From assembly GCA_951406725.2 (NCBI GenBank), contig OX597818.1, positions 7,254,001 through 7,318,000 of the forward strand: 64,000 nt of DNA. The letters are read 5' to 3'. The notes beneath the pieces are model-generated. The model did no database searches. It was not told the origin of the DNA and saw nothing but the letters and a program-made list of their open reading frames with translations. The position numbers and the translations under genes were made by a program. Below, piece after piece: positions 1 through 12,700 of the stretch; position 1 is the first letter of the stretch, and each line of letters begins with the position of its first letter. Source of the DNA: Octopus vulgaris (lineage: Eukaryota).

Positions 1-659
1 AAGATTAATCACGGTGGAACAATGCACAAGCAAATCAAAGAATGTAGTCTTCGGTGATACGATCGTGCTGATAATAATGAAGTCTTTACTGTTGCAAATT
101 GTGAAGTTGAGCACAGATCCGACAGATTCTCAAAATATTTGATAAAGGAATAAAAGAAATCTCCATTTACGTGAGATATTCGGTTCAATTTCACTTTTTG
201 ATGGGGAAAGGGGTTATTTGGCAGCTTGTGGGAACGGAAATGGAGGAGACTGAGCTTGTGGAAGGAACTGTTTACACAGTATGACATTATTATTGTTAGG
301 ATGGTTGCAGCTGTAGGTGAGGTTATGGCGGTGATGGTGGTGGTATTGGTGGTATTGATGGTAATAGAGCACAGGATTGGATTTAGACATGCTTCTGGCA
401 AGATATTTTCATTACTATTAGCAGTGTTTGCTTTCTGTATATGATTAATGATGTTACAGTCTAAGTTGCTGTGAACAGCACGATTTGTAGTAATGGTATA
501 CTGCTGGTGGAGGTGATAACAGCAATATGACAAGAAATTGCAAAGTATTGTTGTCGTTATTGTTGCTGTTGTTGTTGTTATTATTATTGTTATTATTATT
601 ATTGTTATTATTGTTGTTGTTGTTGTGGTTGTTGTTGTTGTTGTTATTATTATTATTTA

Positions 660-810
660 GGCAGCGAGCTGGCAGAATCGTTAGCACGTCTGGCTTTTAC
701 GTTCTCAGTTCAAATTCCGCCGAGGTCGACACTTCCAATCATCCTTTCGAGGGTGATCAAATAAGTATCAGTTGAATACTGGGGTCAATCTAATCGACGT
801 ACCCTTTACT
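660..810 (+). mobile_element. tRNA-derived SINE (family A), internally deleted copy
   Basis: GGC(G/A)GxGAGCTGGCAGAATCGTTAGCAC head and GTTCAAATTCC B-box; the same sequence recurs at 9719, 24304, 26171 (-) and 51860 (-). Confidence 0.75.
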
Positions 811-843
811 CTGAAATTATTGTTTTTGCTGTTGTTGTTATTA

Positions 844-907
<64 letters not shown>

Positions 908-1559
908 GGTCTGTGAAATCGTGCATGTTGGACCTCCGTAATTTGTAAGTGTTTAATCAAACATTTCAGCTGGTTGCAGCCCATTTATTCAAACTTTTAT
1001 TTAACAAGTATTTTGCTTACGTTGTCTGGATCACGGTGGTAACATTTTGTGTTATTACAGCCCCCTTTTGGGGGTTGTAATAACTATTTTGCTCTTTCGC
1101 ATTTTTTGTGAAGACAGGATTTTATTCATTTTTCCCATTTTAAAAAATGTCGGATGACGGAAAAATAATAATAATCGACCAAGAGCAGCATTCTGTTAAC
1201 TCCGACGAAGAGCAACATACAGTTATAACTCCCGATAAATATAATTTCCTCTTGTTGCTATGACATCAGTAACAAGTGCAAAAGTACCAGCAGCAACGAT
1301 AATGATGTGAACGGCAACAGCACCAACACCACCATCACCTAATCACTCCCCCATCTCCACAAACAGCGGAAACAACAACATTAGCAACAACTGTATCAAC
1401 AAAAACATCAGCAACAAGATGAACAAGATCGAAAAGAAAAAGTGTCACGAACAACAAAACTGAAAACAACAACAACGACAACGACACCACCACCACCACC
1501 ACCACCACCAAGAACAACAACAGCAGCAGCATCAATAGTAACACAACGACCTCAACAAA

Positions 1560-2230
1560 GCTACTGCTGTTAGCAAGTCGACTATATTTCCAGTAGATTT
1601 TATAAATAAGGCACTGAAATACAAGGGTGACGTTATGAAATCAGGTGTTATGCACCTTAGTGAGGAAGTGGAAGAAAACTCAAAAAGACGAACAATTGTT
1701 TGTAAATGTATTTCTCGTAAGGAGAGGAAACTTAAATTCCCTACTCCAGCAGAGACTGAAAAATGCCTCAAAGATACTACACATACAGAAAGGTAAACAA
1801 TATGCGATGGTAACTGCTTTAGGTAACAGTGAGCAAGAAGCCAGAAGAATGGCTACTGTTACTTGCATGTACCAGGCTTATATTCTATAAAGTACCAGTT
1901 ACACACTGGGGTCGACGTAATCGACTTAAACCCTTTGTCTGTCCTTTATGTTTAGCCCCTTGTGTGCAATAAAGAGATATATTACATGGGTAAAAGGTTG
2001 ACTCGAATTCGTGTCAAACACGTACCGGGTCACGGGATCCGGTGAGGGTTTTAGCCGTTTTGGAGAAGCATGGGGAGATTGTGGAGGTGAAGTCCACCCC
2101 ACAACTCAACAAAACTGGAATTCCTATGGAATTTGAGATACTAGTTTCTCCAGAAGAAATAAATCGCATTCCCGATTTTTTCTTTTCCAGGCAATGCGAA
2201 CAGATGCCAGCAGTATTTTGTCTGCCGCTA
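1560..2230 (+). pseudogene. Degenerate non-LTR retrotransposon ORF1-like remnant, interrupted by a SINE tail (about 1885-1978)
   Basis: Coding-like pieces (YMGKRLTRIRVKHVP; VLAVLEKHGEIVEV...EFEILVSPEEINRIPDF) resemble those at 39587-39820 (YCGKKLTRAWVCGL); stops and frameshifts present. Confidence 0.4.
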
Positions 2231-4115
2231 TGTTCTGACTTGAAATTTCTCCGAGGTAGTCTTTGACATTCATCTTTTCGAGGTCAAGAAAATACGCAGC
2301 AGCTGAACAATGAAGTCGATGTGATCGACTTAATCCCTCCCCCAAAACGCCTGCCATGGTGGAAAAATTTGAAAATCATTATTATTATTAGTAGAAATAG
2401 TAGTGGTAGTTATTTTCTGAACGATTTGTCTTTTTCTTTTGTTTTATTCACCTTTTAATGTGATTTGTAAATTTGCTTAACGCTATTCATAGAAATATAG
2501 TTTTAAAAATTATGCGATCGTACCGAGGACTATTTGGTAACGATACCAGCATAAAACAACAGTTTCAGCTTATATACAAAAACCAGGTGAACTTGTGCCT
2601 ATAAGGCAAAATCTTACAATGGCAGAAAATCAGATTGTGCGCAAAATAACAGATGGTATTTTGCGTAATTTCTTGAATTGATGGAGTCAAATCCTACCAG
2701 TATTCTGCTTCCGTTTTATATTTCTGGTGTAGTTGAAATATGCCTGTGATAAGTATCAGACAGGATTTAGTTTACTGTTACCCACCGAAAAGAACAGTAT
2801 GTTCATCTCTTTAGCGTTAGCTTGATGGCTCGGATGATCTGAAGAAATTTGGAGGACTTAGCGAGAAAATGTCTCACAGTGTAAAAATAAACGGTACCGG
2901 GGTCCATAGTCGTAAAAAATTATTCTAAATGAATAAAAAACGAGCTGATCACGGAGGGAAAACCTTCGGTAAAAACTCAGCTAGATCAGGAACATAGTTT
3001 AAGCAAATGAACTGATTCTTCAGAACAGATGAATGTAGGAAACATTATAGGTTATTTAAAGCATCCAACATTAGAAAGCTGTATAGATTTCAATAAGAGA
3101 CGTTTAAAGAAATTTCATTTTGTTTCTTTTCAGTGAATAACAATAATATTTAAATTTCACGCGATTTATTTATGAGTCTCTAAATTATAATGATGTATGT
3201 GTGCAAGTGCCTGATGGTGTGTGTTTATATATGTGCGTATATATGTGTACGTTTATGAGTGTGTATGTGTTTGTGTGTGTCTGTATACACACACACACAC
3301 GCACACACACACATAATTCTATTTTCATTTTACCTCTCTATTCTGGCACATGAAGATTTGGTTAATTATGAGATTAATTACGAAGCTATGTGCTTGATAT
3401 TATCTATTTAAATATAATTTCTAATTTATTTCGTTGAATATGGAAAGGGTTGTGGTGTGACAGAATTGTTAATGTGACGGACCAGATGCCTTATGTTGTG
3501 TCATTGGTTCTCCATACGTTCGACTTTAAATCCCACTGTGACTAGTCTTATATTCCATAATATTTAGGTCGATAAAAGAAATCAGCTGTCACTTATAATT
3601 GACAAAGCCATTTTTCTCAAGATTGCTGTCCTCGTACCTATATTAGGAACAACACAAGTACGTAAGCTCAAACACAACACACGCACACAACGTACATGCA
3701 AGCCCCCCACACACACACACATATAAACCTACAAAAGAGGTAAATAAATAACCATGGCAAATTAAACAATTTTATGTAGATTAGGAAGATAAAATTATGA
3801 ACATGCTGAATCGATTTTCGAATATTATTGTGATCTCATCAAAGATGTCTATATCACGAGACCAAAACCAGCAAAAGATGCAAACAACTTGTGTCCGTGT
3901 GTGTATGCGTGAGTGTGTGTGTGGGTGCGTGTGTGTATATATATGTGTGTGTGCGTGCATGTAAGAAAGAAAACAATATATATAGATATATATACGCATA
4001 TACCTGTAGATATATATATACATACATAAATACATATATACATATATACATGCATACATACTCACAAAGACACACACACGCACACAACACATACACACAC
4101 ATACACACACACACA

Positions 4116-4204
<89 letters not shown>

Positions 4205-5519
4205 TATGTATATCTAAACGCATATGATGAGCTTCGGAAATTTATAAATGCATGGTGAACTTTGGACATTTTTTGCCGCTATCCAATTTCCTTTTCATAC
4301 CTTTTTTCAACATTTAGAAGCTATCAGTTCACGATATAGCTAGCAACCACAAACCCATAAGTGTGCTCACAACTACTGTTGCGTCAGAAGGATGGCAGAC
4401 AAAATTCTTGTCAATAGTATAATGTTAAAATTGGCAAGGCGTAACGAAATACCACACTCACTTTTTCACTCTACTGATTCGCCTAATTACCAGGGTTTAT
4501 CTGATTATGCAATCAATTATAAATTGATCGGGATATGAGTCTCAAGTTAATGAAATTTTAGCATTAACACGGTCTTAAAAGAACAAGAAAGATAACATTA
4601 ATGCCCCTTTTCAAAAGATTAGTATTATAAAATGAACAAGAGAGGTGGTTAAAACTTTAAAATTAAGCGTAATTTCTGTATTTATATATGTCCGGTATTC
4701 TGTAAGCGAATTTGTATCAGCACTCTTAAGCAGAAATTAAAGAAAACTATACATATTTTGAGCTAGAATCTAGCTAATATCGTGTCAACCTCTTCTTGTT
4801 ATTGGTAAAGATAGCTACTTGGGCTAACAATATATTATATTCATCTTATAATGTGTCAAATGAAAAAACAGCGAAATCACATTTGACCTTAACGGTTTCG
4901 TTATTCGTCTCTATACCACCAAGCACTATCTTTTGGCTATGTTTGCACAAACCTCGAAACAATTCCATTAGGAAACCGGACATTCTATCTTCATTCTATG
5001 TGATAGCTCATTTAAAAGATTTGATATTTAATAAATAAATAAAATGAAATAACTGGATTCAGATAAATGTGAAAATGTCAATATTTTTCGCAAAAATACA
5101 CTATGTTTCTAACTTCGTAACTATCCAAAGAAATAAATTTCTCTAGCTTATGAACTAGTATGTGAGACAAAAGAAGTCTATAGTTTTATTAGAAACCAAA
5201 ACTAATGTAATGAAATCGTAGATAATTTCTGTGAATCAATCATCATTTAATTTGCAATCCAATTATTATGAATCTGCAGAAATGTTAGATCATTTGAGAC
5301 ACTGACACGACTTCTTAGATTTCTCATAATTAAAAAGTAATTATATTGAACGTTGTGAAATATGCCTGTGACGACACAAATCTACTTTTGAGCAAAAGTA
5401 AGACATAAAACGCCAATAAGTTAATCGTTTTCCGTACGTACACAACATCACCTTATTTTGACGGAAATATGAAATGTTACACCTTCACATATTGTATACA
5501 CATGTAGGTAAAAATTGAA

Positions 5520-6730
5520 GTTCGCTGTTCCTCACGGACGGGATAAACTGCGTTGCGGGTCGCTGGACAGGCTGATCGTTTAAAATTCTTGGATTGTGAC
5601 AATGTCGCGACTACCAATTGAACTGAAACTGAGATTGTTTAACGAATGAGCCTCATTCAGAAGCAGGCTCAGAAGATATTTCTGCAATACTCAGCGGAGG
5701 TGGCGAATGATTACGCTTTCTCTGCCATAATTCACTCCTTGTCCAACACTGAAATTATGTCATCTCCAGATTTCTCACGACGGTGAGCAGGTGTTCTCGT
5801 CGTCCATAAGGCACCATTTTCCACTTTTCATTCCTTTTATGGAACTGCAGATCCGAATCACTGGTAGACCAGGATTAACCGCCCACCTTTTGGAATGTAG
5901 TTAGGAGCTCGCCGCCTTCTAACTGTCAAAATATGCGGTTGAGTAAATTCTACTTTTGCAATATATAAAGAACTAACGGTGGATAAGTGCGATGACTTTC
6001 TCGAGAAAACTTTAGGTGTCGACGAGAATGATTTCTTAGATCTGTTTCAGAGGGCTTTCGAGCCGGAGATTTCAATCGATAATTTCCAGAAATCCTAGCC
6101 TTGGCAGTGTTACCGTATGGCGCTACCGTTTTAAGAGAATATCTAAATTACGGAAAATCAACCAGACGTGACTGTCCCATATGTATGCAGAGCGATGAAA
6201 CTGTAATACATTTACTCATGCAGTGTTCGAGCATTGCTGACATATGAAGCTATACCGAGATTTTTTCCCAAGTAATATCGTCTGCGTCAATAATGAGTAT
6301 TGTCACCACACCTGTCTTTACAGGTATATTTCTTTATCTGGTGGCTATGGTTGAGTGGTGAAGCTCTAAGCATTGAAGACACCAACATTCTCATGTTCCG
6401 CTTGGATAAGGAAACTGCAGTTCAGGAGGGAAGTTTTCCTTCCAACAAACTTGCCAAAAGGTGGGTGACTTGAACTACTCTAAGAATGCGCCTGTAGAGT
6501 GGAGAACAGCTGTTGAACAAGAACTTGTGACTTTGTTGGTCGGGGTGTTACTAGATCTGCAAGCTTCCTCCTTTGGCCCGAGCTGGAGTCTCTTCTCCCT
6601 CATTCACGTGTTAACTGCTTTATTCAGCTGATAGCATATTTTGTATAATATGTATTTTATCTCTTCCATCTCCCCACTTTCTTCCCATCACCTTTTGTAT
6701 AGCCGTTCACACAAATTGTAAACTGCACTT
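5520..6730 (+). mobile_element. Degenerate L1/Tx1-like LINE ORF2 3' fragment
   Basis: About 6095-6235 translates to LAWQCYRMALP...RDCPICMQSDETVIHLLMQC, a zf-RVT-type CCHC zinc finger; frame broken elsewhere. Confidence 0.6.
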
Positions 6731-6780
6731 GTTATGCTTCACTCATAGAATAGCCCAAGGGTAAATAAAAGAAATCGCCA

Positions 6781-7255
<475 letters not shown>

Positions 7256-8859
7256 AATGCTGAAAAACTATAAAAAATGAAAACAAATTTCGACAAACAT
7301 AAAACGCCCCAGAAGAATAATTGCAAGCAATAACCTTCAACCATTATTGCTAGTCGGAAGATATAGCAGACAAAATTGGCAGGAAGTTATTTCGTAAAAA
7401 CAATAAATGGTTGTACAGGGATGAAAAGAATAGTAAAACAGAGAAGTAGAGGGGAAAATAGCTATATTAATAATAATAATAAAAAGATGTATGTAAAAGA
7501 AATTGAGTGACAGAAGGAGAGGCAGGAGAGAGAGGGAGAGAGAGGTGGAGAGAGAGAGAGTAAAGGAAAGAACAAATATATGAATGAAGGAAGGACAGTG
7601 AATGGTAAATTAGAAATAAAAGAAATATAACAGAAAGGAGGAAATGTGTAAAAATGAACAAAAAGAATTAAGGGAAAGCGGTTTAATAAAGAATAATCAT
7701 TAGAAAAGCAGATAGAAATATCTGACAGAGAAACTATGAACGTTACACAGAAGGAAAGAATGAAAGTAGAAATGAAATGGCAGAATGAAAGAAACCGAAG
7801 AAGGTAGAGGGGATGAGTAAAAGACAAATAGAATGTTCAGTGTGAAAATGAGAAAGAGAGATAGGGAGATAAGAAGAGAGAGGTGGAGAGAGAGGAGGGA
7901 AGAGAGAGATAGACACAATTAAAGGAGACAGAAACAAAACTGCATACAAGGTGAAAGTAAAAAGAGAAACCCATGAGTGTTGAACCGGGCGAAATAGATA
8001 TTCGCATCAACTATAACAACAAAAACAACAATGCAAAGTTTCTAACATAGCCGTCATTCTCGTCCATCATCATAAACATCATCAACATCGTCTCCGTCTT
8101 TGACATCATCATCAGCAGCAGCAGCAGCAATGCCATTACCATTCTAAAACATCGACGCCATAGTTGTCATTACATCGTTATGCCTCACTATTACTACCGC
8201 TATTAGTTGACTCAACACTAATCCTCTTCCACCACCGGCATCCGTTGGACTATTCTCTTACTCGCCGGCTTGCCGTCTGCAGCAGAAGCATCATCATCAA
8301 ATGCTGCAATATTAATCCCGCTACTCCACTACCAAACACGTCAAACTATTAACCTGCAAATTTTACTGTTATTGAACACATTACTAAAGCTCCAAAATCA
8401 GTGTCTGCTTCTTGCTGTATTGAACAATCTTGACATATGCTGACGGGGGAAACCTCTACGAGTTGTCGTAACCCTTTAAAAATAGCAGCCATGTTTATCT
8501 CGAATCACATCCCAGTACTCTTAGCAAAGGATTCTTTCGATAATGCGATATTGCACATAAGAAAATGGCGGAATGGTCACTGCTGGAATGTCTTTCATTC
8601 TCGTACAGCTTTATTTGGAACAACCTATGGCTAAATCACATACAAACACCAAATATATATATATATATATATTGTCGTCTCTACTGTGTTTAGTTTCACC
8701 CATCGTAAACGATGTGTTTAATGTTTTTTACTGGGGAAAGTCATTTGGAGAGCAGCGTGTTAAAACAGTTTCTGTGTGATGCTTGTAAATGATTTCAAAG
8801 GCCTAGGAAATAGTTGAGAATTTTATATCTGATTCTGTAAAGAGAAACAAACCGCAGTA

Positions 8860-8913
<54 letters not shown>

Positions 8914-9718
8914 CGCGTGTGTGTGTGTGTGTGTGTACGTGTGTGCCCCGGAAGATGCACTGGAACGTCGACTCTGACTCACAGGTTCGCACTTGCGGAC
9001 ATCCATCATAAACACTCCTGGACTTGCTATCGCACCATCCATTTCACCAATACACCAGTAGTTTTGGTACCTATGGTTCCACATCACCGCGGCAACAGCC
9101 ACTAACATCACCATCACCAATAACAGTAACAATAACATCATTACTATTGCCAAAATCCATCATCACCAACCATTTCACTCTCTGTCTATTCTAGAATTTC
9201 TCTGACCACCAACAAAGATTATCATCACCTACAACCCCGCCATTACTTTACCGCCACTAACACCACCACCAATATCATCACTACCATTACCACCACATTA
9301 CAACCAACACCATATCACCAATAACATTGTCAATATTAAGCCTATCACCATTGACACATAGTCCAGTATCAGTGACCACCCCACCACCACCACAAACAAC
9401 AACAACAACAACAACAACAGCACAGTACTCCCACTGTGGCCACTGTCTTCTTCCTGAACCTATCTTGGAATCCTTGCTTATCCGCATTATCTGCTAGAAA
9501 TAGCAGCCAAATCTAACATTAAATTCTATCGCCTAAAGTAAGCATATACATGTTAAAATTTATAGTACCGTTGAAGTTTAGAATCGCAGGCTAAGAATAA
9601 ACTTGGTTAGGTTTGTACTGGGACCAAGAAAACATCACTCGCATACTACAGCAAAGTGACCAGCAAAATCTCATACAATTCGCACTTGAATGTTTAGGAA
9701 AATGAAGAGGAAAATGAA

Positions 9719-9890
9719 GGCGGAGAGCTGGCAGAATCGTTACCATGTCAGGCAAAATTCTTAGTGGTATTTCGTCCGTCTTTATGTTCTGAGCACTGAC
9801 GCCGAAGGAATCGATTTTGCCTTTTATCTAATCGGGGTCGATAAAATAAGCAGGAGTTCAGCACTGAGATCGATGTAATCGACTTACTCT
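9719..9890 (+). mobile_element. SINE family A copy
   Basis: GGCGGAGAGCTGGCAGAATCGTTACC...GGGGTCGATAAAATAAG...GTAATCGACT matches the other copies. Confidence 0.7.
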
Positions 9891-11084
9891 ATTTGGAAAA
9901 AGGATGGTAAACATTTCGTACAGTATGCATTATATTAAAAATGATAAAGAATTTATGATTGTACCCTTTCTAATCATAGGTCATTTCGGTCATGTCTGAT
10001 GTAAACTAGTATATGCCACCTAAGAACCAGCTAAAGAGTAAATATCTTTTATTCTCCTATGCCTTGAATTCTTGAATGCGCTGTAGACGTGCTATTTAAG
10101 CATACATTATTTCTTGAGCATTTGTGAAACATGGTGCAGCCCATTCCTTTCTAGGCAAGATCATATCTGATTAATTTGTTCGTTTGCTCCTTCCTTCCTT
10201 CCTTCTTTCCTTCCAGAGAGATGTGGGAGGAGAGGAGAGAGAAAAGTGAGAAGCCGTATAAATCCAATGCGTGATTTGAACTCTAGACGTATTGAGCGTG
10301 TACAAATAGTGCTTGGCATTCTCTACGATGGTCTAACGAAACTGTCAATCTCTCGTTATCCTAATTCTAAATACCAACAGTTCTCCCGGTGCCTCATCTA
10401 TCACAGCAGTCCGACTGCATCTACTTAAAGGACCGCCTCTGGTATCATTAGCAGGAATGGCAACACTGACTCCGCCAAACCTAGAAAAAAGAATCACCAC
10501 CGCAACTACCACCTCCACCACCACCACCACCACCACCACCACCGCCATTATTACTAAACTCCATCAACGCCTCTGTTATCACCAGCATAAAAATCGCCAC
10601 CACCAACTTCACAACTACGACTATCATCACCATTACTGCTGCCATCACCACCACTAACAACAACAACAACAACAACACCATCACTACTCTCTCCATCACC
10701 AACTGAACTGCGCCACCATGTGTTCCATCGGAACGATAGTCATCACCAGTATAATCCCTGTATATTACTATAACTACCAATAATTACTGGCACCATTATG
10801 ATCACTACAACAAAAATCAGTACTAGTATCGCCTCTGTTATTACCTCCACCCCTTTAACATGAATATCACGAGAAACACCATTATGAATATTACCGTTTC
10901 AACCAGGGCGACTACAGCCAATGTCACCGACAGCATCGAAACCGCCTTAAACAACATATTCACGCAACCATCAACCCCGTCCACTTCAACTCCACCAATA
11001 TAATCCCCACCACCACCATGATGGTATTTCTTGTGATGCCGTTCCACTCTGTCCAAATGTCATTCCTTTGGTAAACGAACTGTT

Positions 11085-11668
11085 TGTAAGAATTAGCACT
11101 TCCTTCTCAAAGCTTGGATTCGAAATCAGACCCAAGAATCATTGGTCGTAAAATACCAATGCACAAAAAGGCGCGAAATCAGAATCTCTTTGTTCTGACA
11201 AAAAATGATGGATCGTCTCCCTTCGACCTCTGACCCGAGCAGGTCAGGCGAAGTTTAACAGGACGACCAGCGACCTACTTTAATGATAACTCTCTTGCGG
11301 TATATCTATTTTTCTGGCTATTTGAGATGTTATAAATAGAACGGAGAAATAGGTATCTAGAGAGAACCCGAATCAACGTTTAAGAGAACGCCACGCATTT
11401 ATGAGAACGACGAAAGAATATTCAGAAAGGTGACTCTGTCATGCATGATTTACACACACGCACACACACACACCATCAAACATATTCTGCTTTAATGTGT
11501 ATCCTGTATTATGCATTCCTTTAATATGTATTATTTGCAACCACTATTTAATATGCATTTTGTACAAGCGATGTGTAACATTGCTTACAAATTGATGTAG
11601 TGATAATAAATCTTTAATTTATTACAAAGCACTTATGTATTTATTAATACATCCACGCATCCACTACA
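11085..11668 (+). repeat. 5' LTR
   Basis: TGTAAG...CCACTACA; no difference from 16555-17138 by eye; TATAAATA at 11331-11338; AATAAA at 11605-11610. Confidence 0.97.
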
Positions 11669-11670
11669 TT

Positions 11671-11681
11671 TGGTGACCCCG
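11671..11681 (+). promoter_or_regulatory. Primer binding site (tRNA-Trp)
   Basis: TGGTGACCCCG 2 nt after the LTR, complementary to the tRNA-Trp 3' end CGGGGUCACCA. Confidence 0.9.
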
Positions 11682-11786
11682 CAAAACGAATCGCGCCTTC
11701 CCCGGAACCAGCTTCATCAACCGCGTCGAAGAATTACAGTTTGCACATCACCAGCAACGAAGCAACTGAAAATTCCGACGAAAACA

Positions 11787-12662
11787 ATGAATCTCCCGGA
11801 ACAAAACCCAGCGGCCAACATCGACATGGCATTCCAAGCGGCGATCTCGTTAAAAATTCCACCATTCTGGACCCACGACCCGACATTGTGGTTTCACCAT
11901 ATAGAGGCACAGTTTGCCTCTCACAGAATATCGAGCGATGCGGCTCGACTTTCTCACGTTATCAGTTCTCTGTCACCAGAAATAACGAACGTGATACACG
12001 ACCTTATCATGGCACCACCCGGTTCTGTTTCATATGAAGTTTTTAAAACCACGTTAATAAACAGAACCTCAGAATCCCAACAAAAAAGACTTCACCAGCT
12101 TCTGATATCGGAAGAATTGGGTGACAAAACGCCGTCCCAGCTTCTTCGGAGAATGAAACAGCTTCTCGGAGATGAGACGCTCCCAGAAAAAATCTTCAAG
12201 CAACTTTTTCTCCAGCGTCTGCCCTCCAATACCCAGGTTGTTCTCGCGTCCACCAGAGAAAACACATCCCTTGAAGAACTGGCGGAGCTAGCTGACAAAA
12301 TAGTCGAAGTACCGCACAGATATCCAACGGTATCGACGGTGACGCCAGCCGCTCCCAGTACCAATCCTTTCCGTGCACAAACCAGTTCTTCAGAGATTTC
12401 GGATTTGCGTGCATTAATGACGCAGCAAGCTGCGCAAATACAAATTCTCACAGCCCAAATACAAGCCCTAAAGTTTAGTCCCCAGCGTCGAAGCACCAGC
12501 CGATCTCGACGAGATGGCAGACGGTCCCGAAGCCCTAGTGCTACCCGGAGCTCACATGACACGTGTTGGTACCACCGAACATTCGGAACACGGGCACAAA
12601 AATGTACGGTACCGTGCTCGTTTTCCTCACCCAGTTCGGGAAACGGCACAGCCAGGAATTGA
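11787..12662 (+). CDS. gag: Gag protein
   Basis: First in-frame ATG at 11787 within ORF 11670-12662; [22 protein letters not shown]-terminal motif, [15 protein letters not shown]-rich linker, CWYH..FG..A.KC..PC motif. Confidence 0.9.
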   Translation: MNLPEQNPAANIDMAFQAAISLKIPPFWTHDPTLWFHHIEAQFASHRISSDAARLSHVISSLSPEITNVIHDLIMAPPGSVSYEVFKTTLINRTSESQQKRLHQLLISEELGDKTPSQLLRRMKQLLGDETLPEKIFKQLFLQRLPSNTQVVLASTRENTSLEELAELADKIVEVPHRYPTVSTVTPAAPSTNPFRAQTSSSEISDLRALMTQQAAQIQILTAQIQALKFSPQRRSTSRSRRDGRRSRSPSATRSSHDTCWYHRTFGTRAQKCTVPCSFSSPSSGNGTARN

Positions 12663-12700
12663 ACGCGACGGAAGTTCCTGGTTCGCACCCACACAGTCGC
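12638..12700 (+). promoter_or_regulatory. -1 ribosomal frameshift signal (G GGA AAC plus stem-loop or pseudoknot)
   Basis: Heptamer 12638-12644 in the gag frame; pol is in the -1 frame; stem 12651-12660/12673-12682; loop GCGAC pairs with GTCGC at 12696-12700. Confidence 0.8.

Noticed and set aside
2821-2940. Possible short terminal exon followed by AATAAA
   Set aside because: About 35 codons with no recognisable homology
12092-12694. 200-aa antisense ORF over gag
   Set aside because: Shadow ORF of a GC-richer coding region with no motif
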